Assembly (NCBI RefSeq): GCF_902491705.1
Contig: NZ_CABUIW010000005.1
Location: 1,755 to 65,754 of the forward strand
Length of the DNA stretch: 64,000 nucleotides
Source: an uncultured Lactobacillus sp.
GTDB lineage: Bacteria > Bacillota > Bacilli > Lactobacillales > Lactobacillaceae
Direction: 5' to 3'
Positions within the stretch are counted from its first letter, which is position 1. Every line of letters begins with the position of its first letter. The notes beneath the pieces were generated by a model. The model was not told the DNA's origin and did no database searches. It saw only the letters and a program-made list of their open reading frames with translations. The position numbers and the translations under genes are program-made. Shown piece by piece: positions 1 through 16,006 of this stretch.

Positions 1-1983
1 TATCGTTTGCTTAATACTCGTAGTAAAAATGGTCAAATCTTGCTCGATGTAATGGCTGGTAAAGGCTACTTCACTCAATTCTGGGGCCAAAATGAATTTA
101 AATTCTTTAACGGTAAGTCTATCCCTGTCTTTGACACTAACAAGGTTATCCGTGAAGTCGTTTATGTAGAAACTGACTTGGATACTGACCACGACGGCAA
201 GAGTGACTTAATTCAAGTAACTGTCTTTCGTCCTGCCGAAACTAACAAGGGCTTGAAAGTTCCAGCACTTTACACTGCATCCCCATACTTTGGCGGAATT
301 ATTGCTAACGAAAAGCGTAATCACAACGTCGATGAAAACTTGTCTGATGCTACCGAATGGAACGACCCACAATACGTTCACTCACCTATCGTCAAAGCAG
401 AAAAGCCCGATGGTTCAAACCACCCAGCTACTGAAGAAGCCGTTCATAAGTCATCATATCCATTAAACGAATACATGCTTGCCCGTGGTTTTGCTAGCGT
501 CTTTGCCGGTGCCATTGGTACTCGCGGCAGTGACGGTGTTAGAATCACAGGTGCTCCTGAAGAAACTGAATCAGCTGCAGCCGTAATTGAATGGCTTCAC
601 GGCGATCGCGTTGCCTACACTGACAGAACTAGAACTGTTCAAACTAAGGCTGACTGGTGTAATGGTAGTATCGGTATGACTGGTCGTTCATATCTTGGTA
701 CTTTGCAAATTGCGATTGCAACAACTGGCGTTAAGGGTCTTAAGACCGTTGTTTCTGAAGCCGCAATTTCATCATGGTATGACTACTACCGTGAACATGG
801 CTTGGTAATTGCTCCTGAAGCTTGCCAAGGTGAAGACTTAGATCTTTTAGCTGAAACTTGCCAATCTAACTTGTGGGATGCAGGTTCATACCTCAAGATC
901 AAACCAGAATACGACAAGATGCAAAAAGAATTACTTAAAAAAGAAGATCGTACAACTGGTCAATATTCTAACTTCTGGGAAGCAAGAAACTACCGTCACC
1001 ACGCAGATGGCATTAAGTGCTCCTGGATTTCTGTTCATGGTTTAAACGACTGGAACGTTAAACCTAAGAATGTCTACAAGATTTGGCAACTTGTTTCTAA
1101 GATGCCAATGAAGCACCACCTTTTCTTGCACCAAGGTCCTCACTACAACATGAACAACTTCGTTTCTATCGACTTTACCGATTTGATGAACCTCTGGTTT
1201 GTTCATGAATTATTAGGTATTGAAAACAATGCTTATAACCAATGGCCAACAGTCATGATTCAAGACAACTTGCAAGCTGACAAGTGGCACGAAGAAAAAG
1301 ACTGGAATGATAAATTAGGTCAAGAAAAGATCTACTACCCAACTGATGATGGTGAACTTTATGCAGATGGTAATGGTCAAGCTAAGCAATCATTTACTGA
1401 TATGGGCGGAATCGAATTCAAGAAGGCCGGAATTTCTGAAAGCGATTGGCAATACAAGTTTATCTGCGGCGATAAAAAGTGGGCAAAGCCAAGCTTGCGC
1501 TTTATCTCTGATGAATTTATCCACCCTACTACAATCGTAGGTCGTCCTGAAGTTAAGATTAGAGTTAAAGGATCTTTACCTAAAGGCCAAATTTCTGTTG
1601 CTTTAGTTGAATTAGGCGAAAGAAGACGTTTGACTGCTACTCCTAAGTTCTTGATGCGCGGCGGTCAAGAATTAGGCTACAGATTCGGTACTGATACTCT
1701 TCAAGAATTTGTCCCTGATAAAAAGACTAAGGCTAAGCTGATCACTAAGGCTCACATGAACATGCAAAACTTCAAGGACATGAAGAAGCCTGAACATATT
1801 GATGCAGACAAATTCTACGATCTTGATTTCTTGCTTCAACCTACCTACTACACTCTCCCAGCTGGTAGTAAATTAGCTTTGATCATCTACTCAACTGACG
1901 AAGGAATGACCAAGCGTCCACTTGAAGAAGAAACTTATACTGTTGACTTAGCTAATACTGAAATTAAGTTTTACGAAAAATAA
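1..1983 (+). CDS. pepX: Xaa-Pro dipeptidyl-peptidase (PepX, S15 family), 5'-truncated by the window edge
   Basis: The frame is open from base 1. The 658-aa product has the [13 protein letters not shown] region and the serine-nucleophile motif GRSYLG typical of lactic-acid-bacterial X-prolyl dipeptidyl aminopeptidase. Stop at 1981-1983. Confidence 0.9.
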   Translation, partial: YRLLNTRSKNGQILLDVMAGKGYFTQFWGQNEFKFFNGKSIPVFDTNKVIREVVYVETDLDTDHDGKSDLIQVTVFRPAETNKGLKVPALYTASPYFGGIIANEKRNHNVDENLSDATEWNDPQYVHSPIVKAEKPDGSNHPATEEAVHKSSYPLNEYMLARGFASVFAGAIGTRGSDGVRITGAPEETESAAAVIEWLHGDRVAYTDRTRTVQTKADWCNGSIGMTGRSYLGTLQIAIATTGVKGLKTVVSEAAISSWYDYYREHGLVIAPEACQGEDLDLLAETCQSNLWDAGSYLKIKPEYDKMQKELLKKEDRTTGQYSNFWEARNYRHHADGIKCSWISVHGLNDWNVKPKNVYKIWQLVSKMPMKHHLFLHQGPHYNMNNFVSIDFTDLMNLWFVHELLGIENNAYNQWPTVMIQDNLQADKWHEEKDWNDKLGQEKIYYPTDDGELYADGNGQAKQSFTDMGGIEFKKAGISESDWQYKFICGDKKWAKPSLRFISDEFIHPTTIVGRPEVKIRVKGSLPKGQISVALVELGERRRLTATPKFLMRGGQELGYRFGTDTLQEFVPDKKTKAKLITKAHMNMQNFKDMKKPEHIDADKFYDLDFLLQPTYYTLPAGSKLALIIYSTDEGMTKRPLEEETYTVDLANTEIKFYEK

Positions 1984-2014
1984 ATCTAATACCTTTGACT
2001 AAAGGATGATTATA

Positions 2015-3194
2015 ATGAAGAAAAATAAATTAGCATTAATCTCTGCTTTAGCTTTGACTCTAGTTGCTACACCAGCTATTGGCACTTTTACTAATTCGAC
2101 CGGTAATAGTGCAATTGCGCAAGCTGCAACTACTAAAGGCACAGCTAAGCTAATAGATTTTCATAATACAGATCACAAAATCCCTGTTTTTAACAAAAAT
2201 GGTAAACGTCTTTCAAAGACACTTGCTTCAGGTAGCAGCGTAAAAGCTTATGGTAATCCTGTAATTTTAAAAGGGCCAAATTATCATAACCAAATTAATC
2301 TTGTGGTAATTAATGGTAAAGATTACTTCACTTTAGGCGATGGCTACATTAGTGCCGACAAAACTGTTGGTACTGGGGATACAATTGATGTGCTTAAAGG
2401 TACCTATGTCGTTGACAAAAACGGTAAACGTTTGCGTTCATTCCGCGGCAAAAGTGCTTACGTTAAAGCAAAAACAAAAATTAAGGTTGTAGGTACCTAC
2501 AATGTACCAGCAGCTTACGTCAAAATTGGCAACAACCAATACGTTAAAGCATCATATGTAACGCAATTGAATGGTAAGTCACTCATCATATGTAACGCAA
2601 TTGAATGGTAAGTCACTCATCACTTTAAACAGCAATTCTTATATTTATAACAAGAAAGGTCAAAGAATCAGAAACTTCCATGGCCAAAGCAAATTGTTAA
2701 AGAATGCAGCTGTTATAACTACAAGCAAAGTAAAGAAGGCTACAGATTCTAGTCAATACTACTTCTATGACAGTACAGAAGAAAGTAACAAGTCCAAGTC
2801 AACCTTTGCTACTACAAAAATCAAAGGTGTAGATTACTTTGCTATTGGTAATGGTGGCTATATCAAAGCAAGTAATGTAATTGCAGCTAATGGGATGATT
2901 TTGTTCACCAAAGGTCCAATTACAATTAAGCTTCCTAACCCTACAACTGTTTATACTGATAAATTTAAAGAAACTACTAAGAAGTTAAAAGCTGGTACCA
3001 CTGTTAAGCTTGATAAATCTGCAGTAGATTTTAGCTTGAGTGATCCACAACTTTACTTCCATGTTGCAGGTACTAAACAATTAATCTATTGGGGCGATGC
3101 AGGTGAATACCCTGGCTATGGTGCTAGAGTTGCATCTTATGATCGCGGTTATGCTGATAACTATGCATTTAGTTTCAAGCAATTTATGGAATAG
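2015..3194 (+). pseudogene. SLAP-domain secreted surface protein, split into two ORFs (2015..2611 and 2571..3194) by a 34-bp tandem duplication
   Basis: Signal peptide MKKNKLALISALALTLVATPAIG, with AAAGGA 8 nt upstream of the ATG at 2015. The protein has repeated K/G-rich '...NKNGKRL...INGKDYFTLGDGYI...' modules. Both ORFs encode SYVTQLNGKSLI across the duplicated unit. Removing one unit fuses the frames. Confidence 0.7.
2551..2618 (+). repeat. Exact 2 x 34-bp tandem duplication (unit atcatatgtaacgcaattgaatggtaagtcactc)
   Basis: 2551-2584 is identical to 2585-2618. The next 4 nt (atca) restart the unit. The unit length is not divisible by 3. Confidence 0.95.
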
Positions 3195-3208
3195 AGTCAT
3201 AGATATTT

Positions 3209-3243
3209 AAAAAGCGAGAAGATTAATTCTTCTCGCTTTTTTT
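3209..3243. terminator. Bidirectional rho-independent terminator between the SLAP gene and msrB
   Basis: aaaaagcgagaag-attaatt-cttctcgcttttttt: a GC-containing stem flanked by an A-run and a T-run. Confidence 0.8.
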
Positions 3244-3688
3244 AGTTTACAAATAATTTCTTATATTCACCATAACCGTCTTGATCAAGTTCATCATATG
3301 GAATGAATCGAAGTGCAGCAGAATTAATACAATAACGTAATCCGCCTTGATCAACTGGTCCATCGGTGAAAACATGACCCAAATGTGACTGTGCCTCTGG
3401 ACTTACTACTTCAGTACGCTCCATACCATGAGATTGATCGCGATGATATACTAGCTTTTCAATTGGCTTAGTAAAGCTAGGCCAGCCGCATCCCGCATCA
3501 TATTTATCTTCACTTGAAAATAGTGGTTCACCTGAGACCACATCCACGTAAATCCCTTTTTGATAAAAATCATCATATTTCCCCAAAAAAGGATACTCCG
3601 TTGCCGCATTCTGGGTTACTTCGTATTCTTCTTTAGTTAGTTTCTTTAAAGCTTGCTTCTTCTTTTCGTCCAAAACCATCTCATTCAC
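3242..3688 (-). CDS. msrB: Peptide-methionine (R)-S-oxide reductase MsrB
   Basis: 148 aa with the GCGWPSF and RYCINSAAL signature motifs of the SelR/MsrB family. Confidence 0.9.
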   Translation of the reverse strand: MNEMVLDEKKKQALKKLTKEEYEVTQNAATEYPFLGKYDDFYQKGIYVDVVSGEPLFSSEDKYDAGCGWPSFTKPIEKLVYHRDQSHGMERTEVVSPEAQSHLGHVFTDGPVDQGGLRYCINSAALRFIPYDELDQDGYGEYKKLFVN

Positions 3689-3776
3689 CTCGTTTTCACA
3701 ACTATAACAAGAAAAAACTAATCATAATAAAAATATGCTCAAAAAAATAGCGACAGAAATTATCCGTCGCCTTAAA

Positions 3777-4058
3777 TTAAATATGTTCAGTAGTCTTAGG
3801 GAAGAAATTATCAATTTGCTTTTCATAGATGTCGAATTTATATTTAGTCAAAAATTCGTTGGATGGATCGTAAATTCTAACTTGCAACATTTCATTCTTG
3901 CCATTCATGTGGACCTCTTTATTTGGTACTTCCAAAAATGGCTTAAATGCAGCAATAATATTTTGATAAGAACTATAAACGTGAACATTATGCTCAATAA
4001 TTTCGCCATTGCGAGAATATCTCCGTGCATTAATTACGTAAACTGTATTGTCATTCAT
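3777..4058 (-). CDS. Hypothetical small protein (93 aa)
   Basis: AAGGAG sits 7 nt upstream of the ATG at 4058. The composition is protein-like, unlike the overlapping + strand ORF 3735..4163. Confidence 0.5.
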   Translation of the reverse strand: MNDNTVYVINARRYSRNGEIIEHNVHVYSSYQNIIAAFKPFLEVPNKEVHMNGKNEMLQVRIYDPSNEFLTKYKFDIYEKQIDNFFPKTTEHI

Positions 4059-4174
4059 AAAAAAGTTCTCCTTTATTCGATTCTCCCTTACCTCTATTTT
4101 AATGCAAAACAGGTTGGATTATATTTCTTTTGCATTAAAAAAATGTCAGATGAAAACATCTAACACTTACTGAT

Positions 4175-5044
4175 TTATTTAAATACTGAAGTCAAAACTG
4201 CTCCAAGAACAATCAAGACTAAACCGATTCCAGTATAAATGTAGCCCTTCTTGGTCTTCTTTTCATGCAAGAAGATGATACCACCAAGAGTTGAAATAAC
4301 CACGCAAAGTTGTGACATAACAAATGCTAAGTTAACACCATTCTTTTGAACTGAAATAATGTATGAAAGTGCGGCAATTGCATAAATTACACCAGCTGGA
4401 ATAACTTGATAACTTTGCTTTTCTTTCAAAACTTGAAGTTGCTTGGTACCTACAAGATAGATGAAAGTTGCAATCAACATACCAACTGTTTCACCTAAGA
4501 AGATCATTACTCCATCGCCCTTTAAGGCCTTAGGAATTGAACTTGAAGTAATGTATCCTAAAGTAGTCAAAACTAACACAATCATAGTAGTTGTTTGATT
4601 CTTCTTGCCACCTTCTGCAGTTCCTTTATCAGTTAAAGAAGTGCAGGCAACACCAATAATCAAAGCAATAATGCCGATAAAGCCAAATAACTTAGCTTGT
4701 GTACTTGCCCATTCGCCAAAAATCAACACACCAACAAGTGGCACACCGATCAATTGTAAACCGGTTGAAATTGGCATAGTTTCAGAAACACCAACTTTTG
4801 AGTAACTGTAATATTGTCCGCATTGACCAATTACCCAAGCAGCACCAGCTAACATAGCAAGTAAAAATGTAGTAGTGTTGAAAGCTGGACGTGTAAACAG
4901 AGTAACTACTGCACCAAATAAAAATGCCCCTAATACCGACCCTACAATTTGGTGATAAACATTACTCTTTTTGACTCCTGCAACAAATAGTGGCATAAGG
5001 CCCCATCCAATTGCGGGAATAAATAGATATAAATATCTCATCAA
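4175..5044 (-). CDS. glcU: GRP-family sugar uptake permease (glucose/ribose uptake protein GlcU/RbsU-like)
   Basis: 289 aa, about 10 TM segments, N-terminus MRYLYLFIPAIGWGLMPLF typical of the GRP transporter family. Confidence 0.75.
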   Translation of the reverse strand: MMRYLYLFIPAIGWGLMPLFVAGVKKSNVYHQIVGSVLGAFLFGAVVTLFTRPAFNTTTFLLAMLAGAAWVIGQCGQYYSYSKVGVSETMPISTGLQLIGVPLVGVLIFGEWASTQAKLFGFIGIIALIIGVACTSLTDKGTAEGGKKNQTTTMIVLVLTTLGYITSSSIPKALKGDGVMIFLGETVGMLIATFIYLVGTKQLQVLKEKQSYQVIPAGVIYAIAALSYIISVQKNGVNLAFVMSQLCVVISTLGGIIFLHEKKTKKGYIYTGIGLVLIVLGAVLTSVFK

Positions 5045-5154
5045 TTTTCTCCCTTACTTGTAAAAAGTTACAAAAAGCATTCTATCAACAAAAGCGTTTT
5101 CATAGCAAACAAAAAGTGTAAAACGCTTTAATTTTTATTATTAAGGGAAAAAAC

Positions 5155-5198
5155 ATTAAAAAATAAGACTCCTGCTTTTCATGCAAGAGTCTTATTTT
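5155..5198 (-). terminator. Terminator of the pyrR-carB operon
   Basis: The minus strand reads aaaataagactcttgcatgaaaagcaggagtcttatttttt, immediately after the carB stop. Confidence 0.8.
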
Positions 5199-5218
5199 AA
5201 TTATTATTCTAAATTGAT

Positions 5219-8200
5219 CTATTGAAGTGCATCAGTTGCAAATGATCTATTTTCAAGTGCAGTAAGAAGTGCATCCGCGGTGTCCAGTGCAGTAAGCAAT
5301 GGTACATTTTGTTGAATAGCCATTTGTCTAATGATGAATCCATCAGAGTTCTTTTCAATATCGTGACCCATCGTGTTGATTACTAAGTCGATCTTATCAT
5401 CTTTCAATTCATTCAAGATGTTGTCGTCGGCTTCTTCATCTTCATGAACCTTAGTTACTAAGTCAACATGCAAGCCATTGTTCTTAAGGAAGTCTGCAGT
5501 ACCCTTAGTTGCAAAGATACGGTAACCAATTCTAGCGAATCTCTTGGCAATTGGTAAAATCTTATCCTTATCTCTGTCTTCAATTGTGAGCAAGACATTA
5601 CCATTTTCTGGCAACTTCATCTTTTCACCAGCAAATGCCTTGTATAATGCCTTAGCAAAGGTATGATCACTACCCATTACTTCACCAGTTGACTTCATTT
5701 CTGGTCCTAAGTATGAGTCAACATCGGCTAACTTGCTGAAGCTGAATACTGGAGCCTTAACTGAGATCATGTCTGGTTCTGGTGCTAAGCCATCACTGTA
5801 GCCCTGTTCTGCCAAGCTTTCGCCCATAATTACGCGGGTTGCTACTTGAGCCATTTCAATGCCTGTGATCTTGCTCAAGAATGGAACAGTTCTAGAAGCT
5901 CTTGGGTTTACTTCGATAACATAAACTTCGCCGTCACGTACAATGAATTGAATGTTCATAATACCAACACAGTTTAAGGTCAAAGCTAACTTTCTAGTCA
6001 CGTCAGTGATCTTTTCCTTAACTTCTTCAGAGAAGGTTTGAGGTGGGTAAACTGCCATTGAGTCACCTGAGTGAACACCAGCGTGTTCGATGTGTTCCAT
6101 AATTCCTGGTAAAAGAACATCGTGACCGTCGCTGATTGCATCGACATCACATTCACGACCATCAAGATAATCATCAACCAAGATTGGGTGATCGGCTGCA
6201 ATATCAACGTGATCTTGCAAGTATTCTTCAAGTTCTTTCTTACTGTAGACAATTTCCATTGCCTTACCACCTAAGACATAACTTGGACGAACTAAGACTG
6301 GGTAACCAAGTTTTTCTGCAGCTTCGATAACACCTTCGTGAGTTGTAGCAGTCAAGCCCTTTGGTTGGTTCAACTTTAATTGCTTGATAATTTCATCGAA
6401 CAATTCACGATCTTCAGCACGGTTAACATCCTTGACCTTAGTGCCTAAGATCTTTACGCCATGTGCTTCAAGACCAGCTGCTAAGTTGATTGAAGTTTGA
6501 CCACCGAATTGAACAATTACACCAACTGGTTGTTCCAAGTCGCAAACATTCAAGACATCTTCAAGTGTTAATGGTTCAAAGTAAAGCTTGTCTGATACCG
6601 AGAAGTCAGTTGAAACAGTTTCTGGGTTTGAGTTAATAACAATTGCTTCATACCCCATCTTTTGCAAAGCCTTAACACAGTGAACAGTTGCGTAGTCGAA
6701 TTCTACACCTTGACCAATTCTGATTGGACCTGAACCAATAACGATAACTGACTTCTTGCCTGACTTGTGTGATTCATTTTCTGTGTCATAAGTTGAGTAG
6801 AAATATGGTGTCTTTGATTCAAATTCAGCTGCACAGGTATCAACCATCTTGTAGACTGGGATAATGCCATGTGCTTTTCTAAAGTCTCTTACCTCATCAG
6901 CATTTTCATCCCATAATGAGGCAATTGTTGGATCGCTAAAGCCGTACTTTTTAGCAAGGCGTAATGTATCTACATCGTCCTTGTTTTCTTGCAAGGTCTT
7001 TTCCATTTCGACCATATGCTTAACGATGTCCAAGAAGTAGAAGTTAATCTTAGTTAATTCGTGTACATCTTCTAGTGAGTAGCCACGTCTGAAAGCTTCA
7101 GCTAAGTAGAATAAACGATCGTCTTGAGCCTTAACTAATTTTTGTTCAAGCTTATCATCACTTGCTTTATGAGCCTCTTCTGAGTAAAGATCTTTTTCAT
7201 CAATTTCAAGTGATCTTACAGCCTTTTGCATTGCTTCTTCAGCAGTTCTACCGATAGCCATAACTTCACCGGTAGCCTTCATTTGTGTACCTAATACTCT
7301 GTCAGCCTTAGGGAATTTATCAAATGGCCAGCGTGGAATCTTGCAGACAACGTAGTCTAATGCTGGTTCAAATTCTGCATAAGTAGTACCAGTTACTGGG
7401 TTCTTGATTTCATCAAGTGTCATACCAACCGCAATTTTAGCAGCCATCTTGGCAATTGGGTAACCAGTAGCCTTTGATGCCAAAGCACTTGAACGAGAAA
7501 CTCTTGGGTTTACTTCGATAACATCGTAGTTGAAGCTGTTTGGATCAAGGGCAAGCTGAACGTTACATCCCCCTTCAATCTTAAGTGCACGGATAAGACG
7601 AAGTGAACAGTCACGAAGCATTTGATATTCCTTGTCTGACAAGGTTTGACTTGGTGAAAATACGATTGAGTCACCAGTGTGAATACCAACTGGATCGAAG
7701 TTTTCCATACAGCAGACGATCATTGCATTGTCATCGTGGTCGCGCATTACTTCGAATTCGATTTCTTTGTAGCCAGCAATTGATTTTTCAATTAAACATT
7801 CAGTTACTGGTGAAAGTTCCAAACCATTCTTGGCAATTTCTGCAAGTTCTTCACGATTGTGGCAGATACCACCACCAGTACCACCCATAGTGAATGCTGG
7901 ACGAACGATGATTGGATAACCAATTTCATCACCAAAAGTTAAGGCATCTTCAACTGTATTAACAGTCTTTGAAGGTGGAACAGGTTCACCCAACTTTTTA
8001 CATAATTCCTTAAACTTCTCACGGTCTTCAGCTTGTTCTATTGAATCAAGCTTAGTACCCAAAAGTTCAATGTTTAATTCATCTAAGATACCAGTCTTAG
8101 CCAAAGCTAAAGCCATGTTCAAACCAACTTGACCACCCAAGGTTGGCAAAATAGCATCTGGATATTCTTGACGAATAATTCTTGAAATTGACTCAACAGT

Positions 8201-8407
8201 CAATGGTTCAATATAAACCTTGTCAGCAATTGTTGTATCAGTCATGATCGTTGCCGGGTTTGAGTTAACCAAAACTACTTGGTAACCTTCTTCACGAAGA
8301 GCAAGACAAGCCTGGGTACCAGAATAGTCAAATTCTGCGGCCTGGCCAATAATAATTGGACCAGAACCAATCACCATAATTTTATGAATATCTTTTCTCT
8401 TAGGCAT
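5219..8407 (-). CDS. carB: Carbamoyl-phosphate synthase large subunit
   Basis: Duplicated ATP-grasp halves, with canonical N-terminus [30 protein letters not shown]. The ATG at 8407 overlaps the carA stop by 8 nt. The ORF track extends to 8434, but that extension lies inside carA. Confidence 0.95.
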   Translation of the reverse strand: MPKRKDIHKIMVIGSGPIIIGQAAEFDYSGTQACLALREEGYQVVLVNSNPATIMTDTTIADKVYIEPLTVESISRIIRQEYPDAILPTLGGQVGLNMALALAKTGILDELNIELLGTKLDSIEQAEDREKFKELCKKLGEPVPPSKTVNTVEDALTFGDEIGYPIIVRPAFTMGGTGGGICHNREELAEIAKNGLELSPVTECLIEKSIAGYKEIEFEVMRDHDDNAMIVCCMENFDPVGIHTGDSIVFSPSQTLSDKEYQMLRDCSLRLIRALKIEGGCNVQLALDPNSFNYDVIEVNPRVSRSSALASKATGYPIAKMAAKIAVGMTLDEIKNPVTGTTYAEFEPALDYVVCKIPRWPFDKFPKADRVLGTQMKATGEVMAIGRTAEEAMQKAVRSLEIDEKDLYSEEAHKASDDKLEQKLVKAQDDRLFYLAEAFRRGYSLEDVHELTKINFYFLDIVKHMVEMEKTLQENKDDVDTLRLAKKYGFSDPTIASLWDENADEVRDFRKAHGIIPVYKMVDTCAAEFESKTPYFYSTYDTENESHKSGKKSVIVIGSGPIRIGQGVEFDYATVHCVKALQKMGYEAIVINSNPETVSTDFSVSDKLYFEPLTLEDVLNVCDLEQPVGVIVQFGGQTSINLAAGLEAHGVKILGTKVKDVNRAEDRELFDEIIKQLKLNQPKGLTATTHEGVIEAAEKLGYPVLVRPSYVLGGKAMEIVYSKKELEEYLQDHVDIAADHPILVDDYLDGRECDVDAISDGHDVLLPGIMEHIEHAGVHSGDSMAVYPPQTFSEEVKEKITDVTRKLALTLNCVGIMNIQFIVRDGEVYVIEVNPRASRTVPFLSKITGIEMAQVATRVIMGESLAEQGYSDGLAPEPDMISVKAPVFSFSKLADVDSYLGPEMKSTGEVMGSDHTFAKALYKAFAGEKMKLPENGNVLLTIEDRDKDKILPIAKRFARIGYRIFATKGTADFLKNNGLHVDLVTKVHEDEEADDNILNELKDDKIDLVINTMGHDIEKNSDGFIIRQMAIQQNVPLLTALDTADALLTALENRSFATDALQ

Positions 8408-9491
8408 GACGCTCTTCTTCCTTTCTTTGGTCAATCATTGACATAAAGTCATCAAACAATGAAACTTCATCGTGTGGTCCTGGAGTTGCATCTGGGTGGA
8501 ACTGAACTGAGAATGCTGGATACTTCTTGTGACGTAAACCTTCAACTGTACCATCGTTTACTTCAACATGAGTAATCATCAAGTTGTCTTTATCGATTGA
8601 GTTACCATCTACAGCGTAACCGTGGTTTTGTGAAGTAAAACCGATGTTACCAGTAGCAATTTCTCTAACTGGGTGGTTGAAACCACGGTGACCGAACTTC
8701 ATCTTGTAAGTCTTAGCACCGTTTGCTAAAGCGAAGACTTGGTGTCCCATACAAATTCCCATCAATGGAACATGCTTTTCTACTTCACGGACCATTGCTG
8801 TAGCACCATTTTTATCCATTTCTTCTGGGTCACCAGGGCCGTTTGAAAGAAGTACACCATCTGGGTGAAGTTCAAGTACTTCTTCAGCTGTTGCAGTATA
8901 TGGCAAAACAATACAGTTGCAGTCACGTTCAGCAAGTTCACGCAAAATACTGTGCTTGATACCAAAGTCAATAACTACAATGTTGCGCTTGGAGCCTGGA
9001 ACTGGGTACGGACTCTTAGTTGAAACTCTACTAATTACACCTTTAGTAACGTTTTCGGTCTTTAAAATCTTAGCGATCTTATCTGCATCTTCCTTAGAGT
9101 TTGCAATCTTACCTCTTAAAGTACCGTGGATACGTAATTTTTTAACTAATTCACGTGTATCAATTCCTTGAATGCCAGGAATATCCAAATGCTTTAAGAA
9201 CTTTGGCAAAGTTGTTTGCATTCTCCAGTTATCTGGGTGGCGTGCTACTTGGTGACAAATGACACCCTTAATCTTTGGTTCAAGTGATTCATAATCGGCT
9301 AAAGTAATTCCGTAGTTACCAATTAATGGGTTAGTAAATACCAAAATTTGATCTGCATAACTTTGGTCAGTAATTGCTTCTTGATATCCGGTCATCCCCG
9401 TTGTAAAAACAACCTCACCTGTTGTTTCGCGGTCTGCGCCGAAGCCTTCACCAGCATAAATACTGCCATCTTCTAAAATTAAATAGCGCAT
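8400..9491 (-). CDS. carA: Carbamoyl-phosphate synthase small (glutaminase) subunit
   Basis: 363 aa. Class-I amidotransferase motif GICMGHQ. The start overlaps the pyrC stop (TAATG). Confidence 0.95.
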   Translation of the reverse strand: MRYLILEDGSIYAGEGFGADRETTGEVVFTTGMTGYQEAITDQSYADQILVFTNPLIGNYGITLADYESLEPKIKGVICHQVARHPDNWRMQTTLPKFLKHLDIPGIQGIDTRELVKKLRIHGTLRGKIANSKEDADKIAKILKTENVTKGVISRVSTKSPYPVPGSKRNIVVIDFGIKHSILRELAERDCNCIVLPYTATAEEVLELHPDGVLLSNGPGDPEEMDKNGATAMVREVEKHVPLMGICMGHQVFALANGAKTYKMKFGHRGFNHPVREIATGNIGFTSQNHGYAVDGNSIDKDNLMITHVEVNDGTVEGLRHKKYPAFSVQFHPDATPGPHDEVSLFDDFMSMIDQRKEEERHA

Positions 9492-10765
9492 TAATGTGCC
9501 TCCTTTTGGTATACAATCTTACCGTCAACCATTGTCATTACTGTTGAGCCGTAAACCTTTTGGCCAGTAAATGGGGTATTTACACCCTTTGACTTATAGT
9601 CTTTTTCTTCGATTGTTTCTTCATGATCGATATCAAAGATTGCGATATCTGCGGCTTTGCCTGGTTCAAGGACACCGGCATCAAGACCGAAGACCTTAGC
9701 TGGCTTATCACTGAGCCATGATAATAGTTGTTCGAGAGTAAAGACTTTTTCGTTTTTTACAAACTTAGTATATAACGTACTGAAAGCAGTTTCACTACCT
9801 GTAATTCCGAATGCGGCACCTTTCATTCCGCCTTGCTTTTCATTTAAAGCATGTGGCGCATGGTCGGTTGCAATCAAGTCAATTGTGCCATCAAGTAAAC
9901 CTACTAAAAGTGCTGCTTGATCTTTTTTGTTTCTCAAAGGTGGGTTCATCTTGTAGTAGCCGTTATCCTTTGGAATATCGTCATCAGTTAACAAAATGTG
10001 GTGAGGAGCAACTTCACAAGTTACATTAATGCCGCGAGCCTTAGCCATACGAACTAGTTCTACGCTAGTCTTAGTTGAAACGTGGCAAATGTGGTAATGG
10101 ACACCTGTTTTTTGTGCAAGCAACAAGTCACGTGCAATTTGTGTGGTTTCGGCTAATTCAGTAACAGGAGGCAAGTTTAATTCTTCAGCTTTTTTACCTT
10201 CATTAACAATACCGTGGTTAAAAAGTGAATCGTCTTGAGCGTGAGTTGCGATAATTAAGTCGTTTTCCTTAGCCTTTTGCATAGCCAAGTACATGGTTTG
10301 AGCAGTTTGTACGCCGTGACCGTCGTTACTTAAGGCAAAAGCACCAGCCTTTTTCAAAGCGGCATAATCAGGAATGACATCAGTTGTTTCATCATTAGTG
10401 ATTGGGCCATATTGGTAGATGTGAACAACACCCTTTTTCTTGTTTTCTTCTACCATCTTTTTCATCAATTCTGGCGTGTTAGGTACAGGAGTTACGTTAG
10501 GCATAGCACCTACTGTAGTAAAGCCGCCGTGTGCTGCAGCCTCGCTTCCTGTTTTAATATCTTCCTTATATGTTTGACCAGGATCACGGTAGTGAACGTG
10601 AACATCAACTAAACCTGGGCTAACTAACTTACCAGTTGCATCGATTACGTGATCGCCGTTTAAATCAGTGCCGATTGCTTTAATTTTTTTGTCTTCAATT
10701 AAAACATCTGCTTTGATCAAGCGGCCATTTTGATAAACGGTACCGTTCTTAATTACTGTTGTCAT
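9491..10765 (-). CDS. pyrC: Dihydroorotase
   Basis: 424 aa. The [10 protein letters not shown] metal-binding motif and operon context. Confidence 0.95.
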   Translation of the reverse strand: MTTVIKNGTVYQNGRLIKADVLIEDKKIKAIGTDLNGDHVIDATGKLVSPGLVDVHVHYRDPGQTYKEDIKTGSEAAAHGGFTTVGAMPNVTPVPNTPELMKKMVEENKKKGVVHIYQYGPITNDETTDVIPDYAALKKAGAFALSNDGHGVQTAQTMYLAMQKAKENDLIIATHAQDDSLFNHGIVNEGKKAEELNLPPVTELAETTQIARDLLLAQKTGVHYHICHVSTKTSVELVRMAKARGINVTCEVAPHHILLTDDDIPKDNGYYKMNPPLRNKKDQAALLVGLLDGTIDLIATDHAPHALNEKQGGMKGAAFGITGSETAFSTLYTKFVKNEKVFTLEQLLSWLSDKPAKVFGLDAGVLEPGKAADIAIFDIDHEETIEEKDYKSKGVNTPFTGQKVYGSTVMTMVDGKIVYQKEAH

Positions 10766-11721
10766 TATTCAAGTCCTCCGAGTTTTCTGCCGCGTAATAC
10801 TGCTTCAAGCATTGCCATTCTCATAAAGACGCCGTTTTGCATTTGACGGACAAACATGCACTTGTCGCTTTCTACTAAGTCACCGCTAAGTTCAACGTCA
10901 TGGTTAATTGGACCTGGGTGCATGATGATAGTGTCTGGCTTTAATTCTTCATAGCGTTTGTGGTTGATGCCGTATTTTTCATGATATGCTTTAGCATCGA
11001 ATTTCTTTTCATTAGGATCGCCTGCATGACGTTCATGTTGTACTCTTAAAAGCATCATGACATCCATATCAGGAATCAACTTATCTAGTTCTTCGAACTT
11101 GCCGTATTTATCAAATTCTTTGTCGTACCAGTAGCTTGGGCCTGAGAAGTAAACTTCTGCACCTAATCTAGTAAGGAGTTCCATGTCACTCTTAGCTACT
11201 CTTGAGTTAGTGATGTCGCCGACGATAGCTACCTTCAAGCCTTTGAAGTGGCCGAAGTGTTCGTGAATGGTCATCATGTCAAGCATACATTGACTTGGGT
11301 GTTGACCGCTACCGTCACCTGCATTGACTACACCAATATTTAAATGTTGGTGATCTTTTAAGTTAATCAAATCGTTGTAGTATTCATTTTGTGAGTGACG
11401 AATTACTTCTAAGTCGACGCCCAAAGCATTCATGATTAAAGAAGTGTCATATAAAGTTTCACCTTTGTTAACAGATGAGTGAGCTGGGGCAAATGGGATA
11501 ACAGTTAAGCCCAATTTTCTTTCAGCCATTTCAAAACTTGTATGAGTTCTGCTTGAATCTTCAAAGAACATGTTGGTGACATAAACCGGTTTAGTTAAAC
11601 GTGGAGTTGCGCCACCCTTTTTGAAGTATTCAGCTCTTTTAATTAATGCTTCAACTTCGTCAACATGTAAATTTTCAACACTAACAAAATGTGGTAAACT
11701 AACAAGATTTAAATTTTCCAT
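10765..11721 (-). CDS. pyrB: Aspartate carbamoyltransferase catalytic subunit
   Basis: 318 aa. The SSRTHTSFE (STRTR-like) carbamoyl-phosphate motif and the HPGP motif. Confidence 0.95.
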   Translation of the reverse strand: MENLNLVSLPHFVSVENLHVDEVEALIKRAEYFKKGGATPRLTKPVYVTNMFFEDSSRTHTSFEMAERKLGLTVIPFAPAHSSVNKGETLYDTSLIMNALGVDLEVIRHSQNEYYNDLINLKDHQHLNIGVVNAGDGSGQHPSQCMLDMMTIHEHFGHFKGLKVAIVGDITNSRVAKSDMELLTRLGAEVYFSGPSYWYDKEFDKYGKFEELDKLIPDMDVMMLLRVQHERHAGDPNEKKFDAKAYHEKYGINHKRYEELKPDTIIMHPGPINHDVELSGDLVESDKCMFVRQMQNGVFMRMAMLEAVLRGRKLGGLE

Positions 11722-11739
11722 CTTTTATTCTTTCTATAC

Positions 11740-11835
11740 AAAAAAGCCTGCAGCATTTAATTGCTCCAGGCTTTTTCTCGTATTTTTGTATACGAAAAAC
11801 TAGCAACCCTTCTGGCCCTCTCTGGAGTCAATTAA
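11740..11835 (-). promoter_or_regulatory. PyrR-binding attenuator in the pyrR-pyrB intergenic leader
   Basis: The minus strand reads GACTCCAGAGAGGGCC, with the CNGNGA hexaloop CAGAGA at 11819-11824. Downstream is the terminator AAAAAGCCTGGAGCAATTAAATGCTGCAGGCTTTTTT (11740-11776). Confidence 0.8.
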
Positions 11836-11864
11836 ATGGTTGGATATTTAACTTTTAAACTCTT

Positions 11865-12407
11865 TTATTTTGGTAAAGCCTTCAGTTCAACTGAATCTTT
11901 GCCGTCCTTTTCAACTACATTAACAGCGACTTGTTCATCAGCAGAAGTTGGGATGTTTTTACCAACAAAGTCTGCACGAATTGGAAGTTCGCGGTGACCG
12001 CGGTCAACCAAAACTGCAACTCTAATCGAACTTGGTCGACCAACATGCATTAACGCATCCATCGCTGCTCTGATTGTTCTACCGGTGTAGATAACATCGT
12101 CGATCAAGACAACATGCTTATCATCGATGTTAACACCAACTTGATCAGAGTTAACAACAGGATCTTGCTTCAAGGAAGCATCATGACGGTCATCACGGTA
12201 AAGGGTGATGTCTAGTTGACCAACTGGAACATCTACACCTTCAAGTTTTTGAATTCTGTCATGAATGCGGTTAGCCAAGTAAACGCCGCGTGTCTTAATA
12301 CCAACTAGTACTAAATCATCGGTACCTTTATTTTGTTCGATAATTTCGTAGGTAATTCGTGTAAGTGCACGCTTCATTGCAAGTGCATCCCAAATTTCTT
12401 TTGCCAA
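11865..12407 (-). CDS. pyrR: Bifunctional pyrimidine operon attenuation protein / uracil phosphoribosyltransferase PyrR
   Basis: 180 aa. PRTase motif [16 protein letters not shown] start at 12407 with GGAGG 7 nt upstream. Confidence 0.95.
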   Translation of the reverse strand: MAKEIWDALAMKRALTRITYEIIEQNKGTDDLVLVGIKTRGVYLANRIHDRIQKLEGVDVPVGQLDITLYRDDRHDASLKQDPVVNSDQVGVNIDDKHVVLIDDVIYTGRTIRAAMDALMHVGRPSSIRVAVLVDRGHRELPIRADFVGKNIPTSADEQVAVNVVEKDGKDSVELKALPK

Positions 12408-12434
12408 ATTTACAGCCTCCTAATTTTTGCCCAT

Positions 12435-12520
12435 GAAAAAAGCTCCTGTCTGCTTGAGACTAGGAGCTTTCAGTAAAGTCGAAACTTAATTTAAGCCTGC
12501 CTTGCTAGCCTCACGGGACT
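12435..12520 (-). promoter_or_regulatory. PyrR-binding attenuator in the pyrR leader
   Basis: The minus strand reads AGTCCCGTGAGGCT (12507-12520), with the CNGNGA loop CCGTGA. It is followed by the terminator hairpin aaagctcctagtctcaagcagacaggagctttttt (12435-12470). Confidence 0.8.
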
Positions 12521-12602
12521 AATTTTAAAGGACATTCATTGCTTTAAAGTTACTGTAATTAGACGCGTTTGTCAAGGGATTAATTAAAATATTCTAATCA
12601 TG

Positions 12603-12636
12603 AAAAAAAGTGAATGCCTATGTAGAGCATTCACTC
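12603..12636 (-). terminator. Terminator of the licT-bglP-bglA operon
   Basis: The minus strand reads GAGTGAATGCTCTACATAGGCATTCACTTTTTTT, just after the bglA stop. Confidence 0.8.
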
Positions 12637-12643
12637 GTTTTCA

Positions 12644-16006
<3,363 letters not shown>

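Noticed and set aside
3735-4163. 142-aa + strand ORF
   Set aside because: It has a Leu/Ile/Phe-rich, AT-driven composition and no SD. It overlaps a minus-strand ORF (3777..4058) that has an AAGGAG site and a protein-like sequence, so I treat it as a shadow ORF.
5090-5103. cre-like site TGAAAACGCTTTTG upstream of glcU
   Set aside because: It matches the cre core but misses the conserved 3' CA (positions 13-14). That is too weak to call without a scoring matrix.
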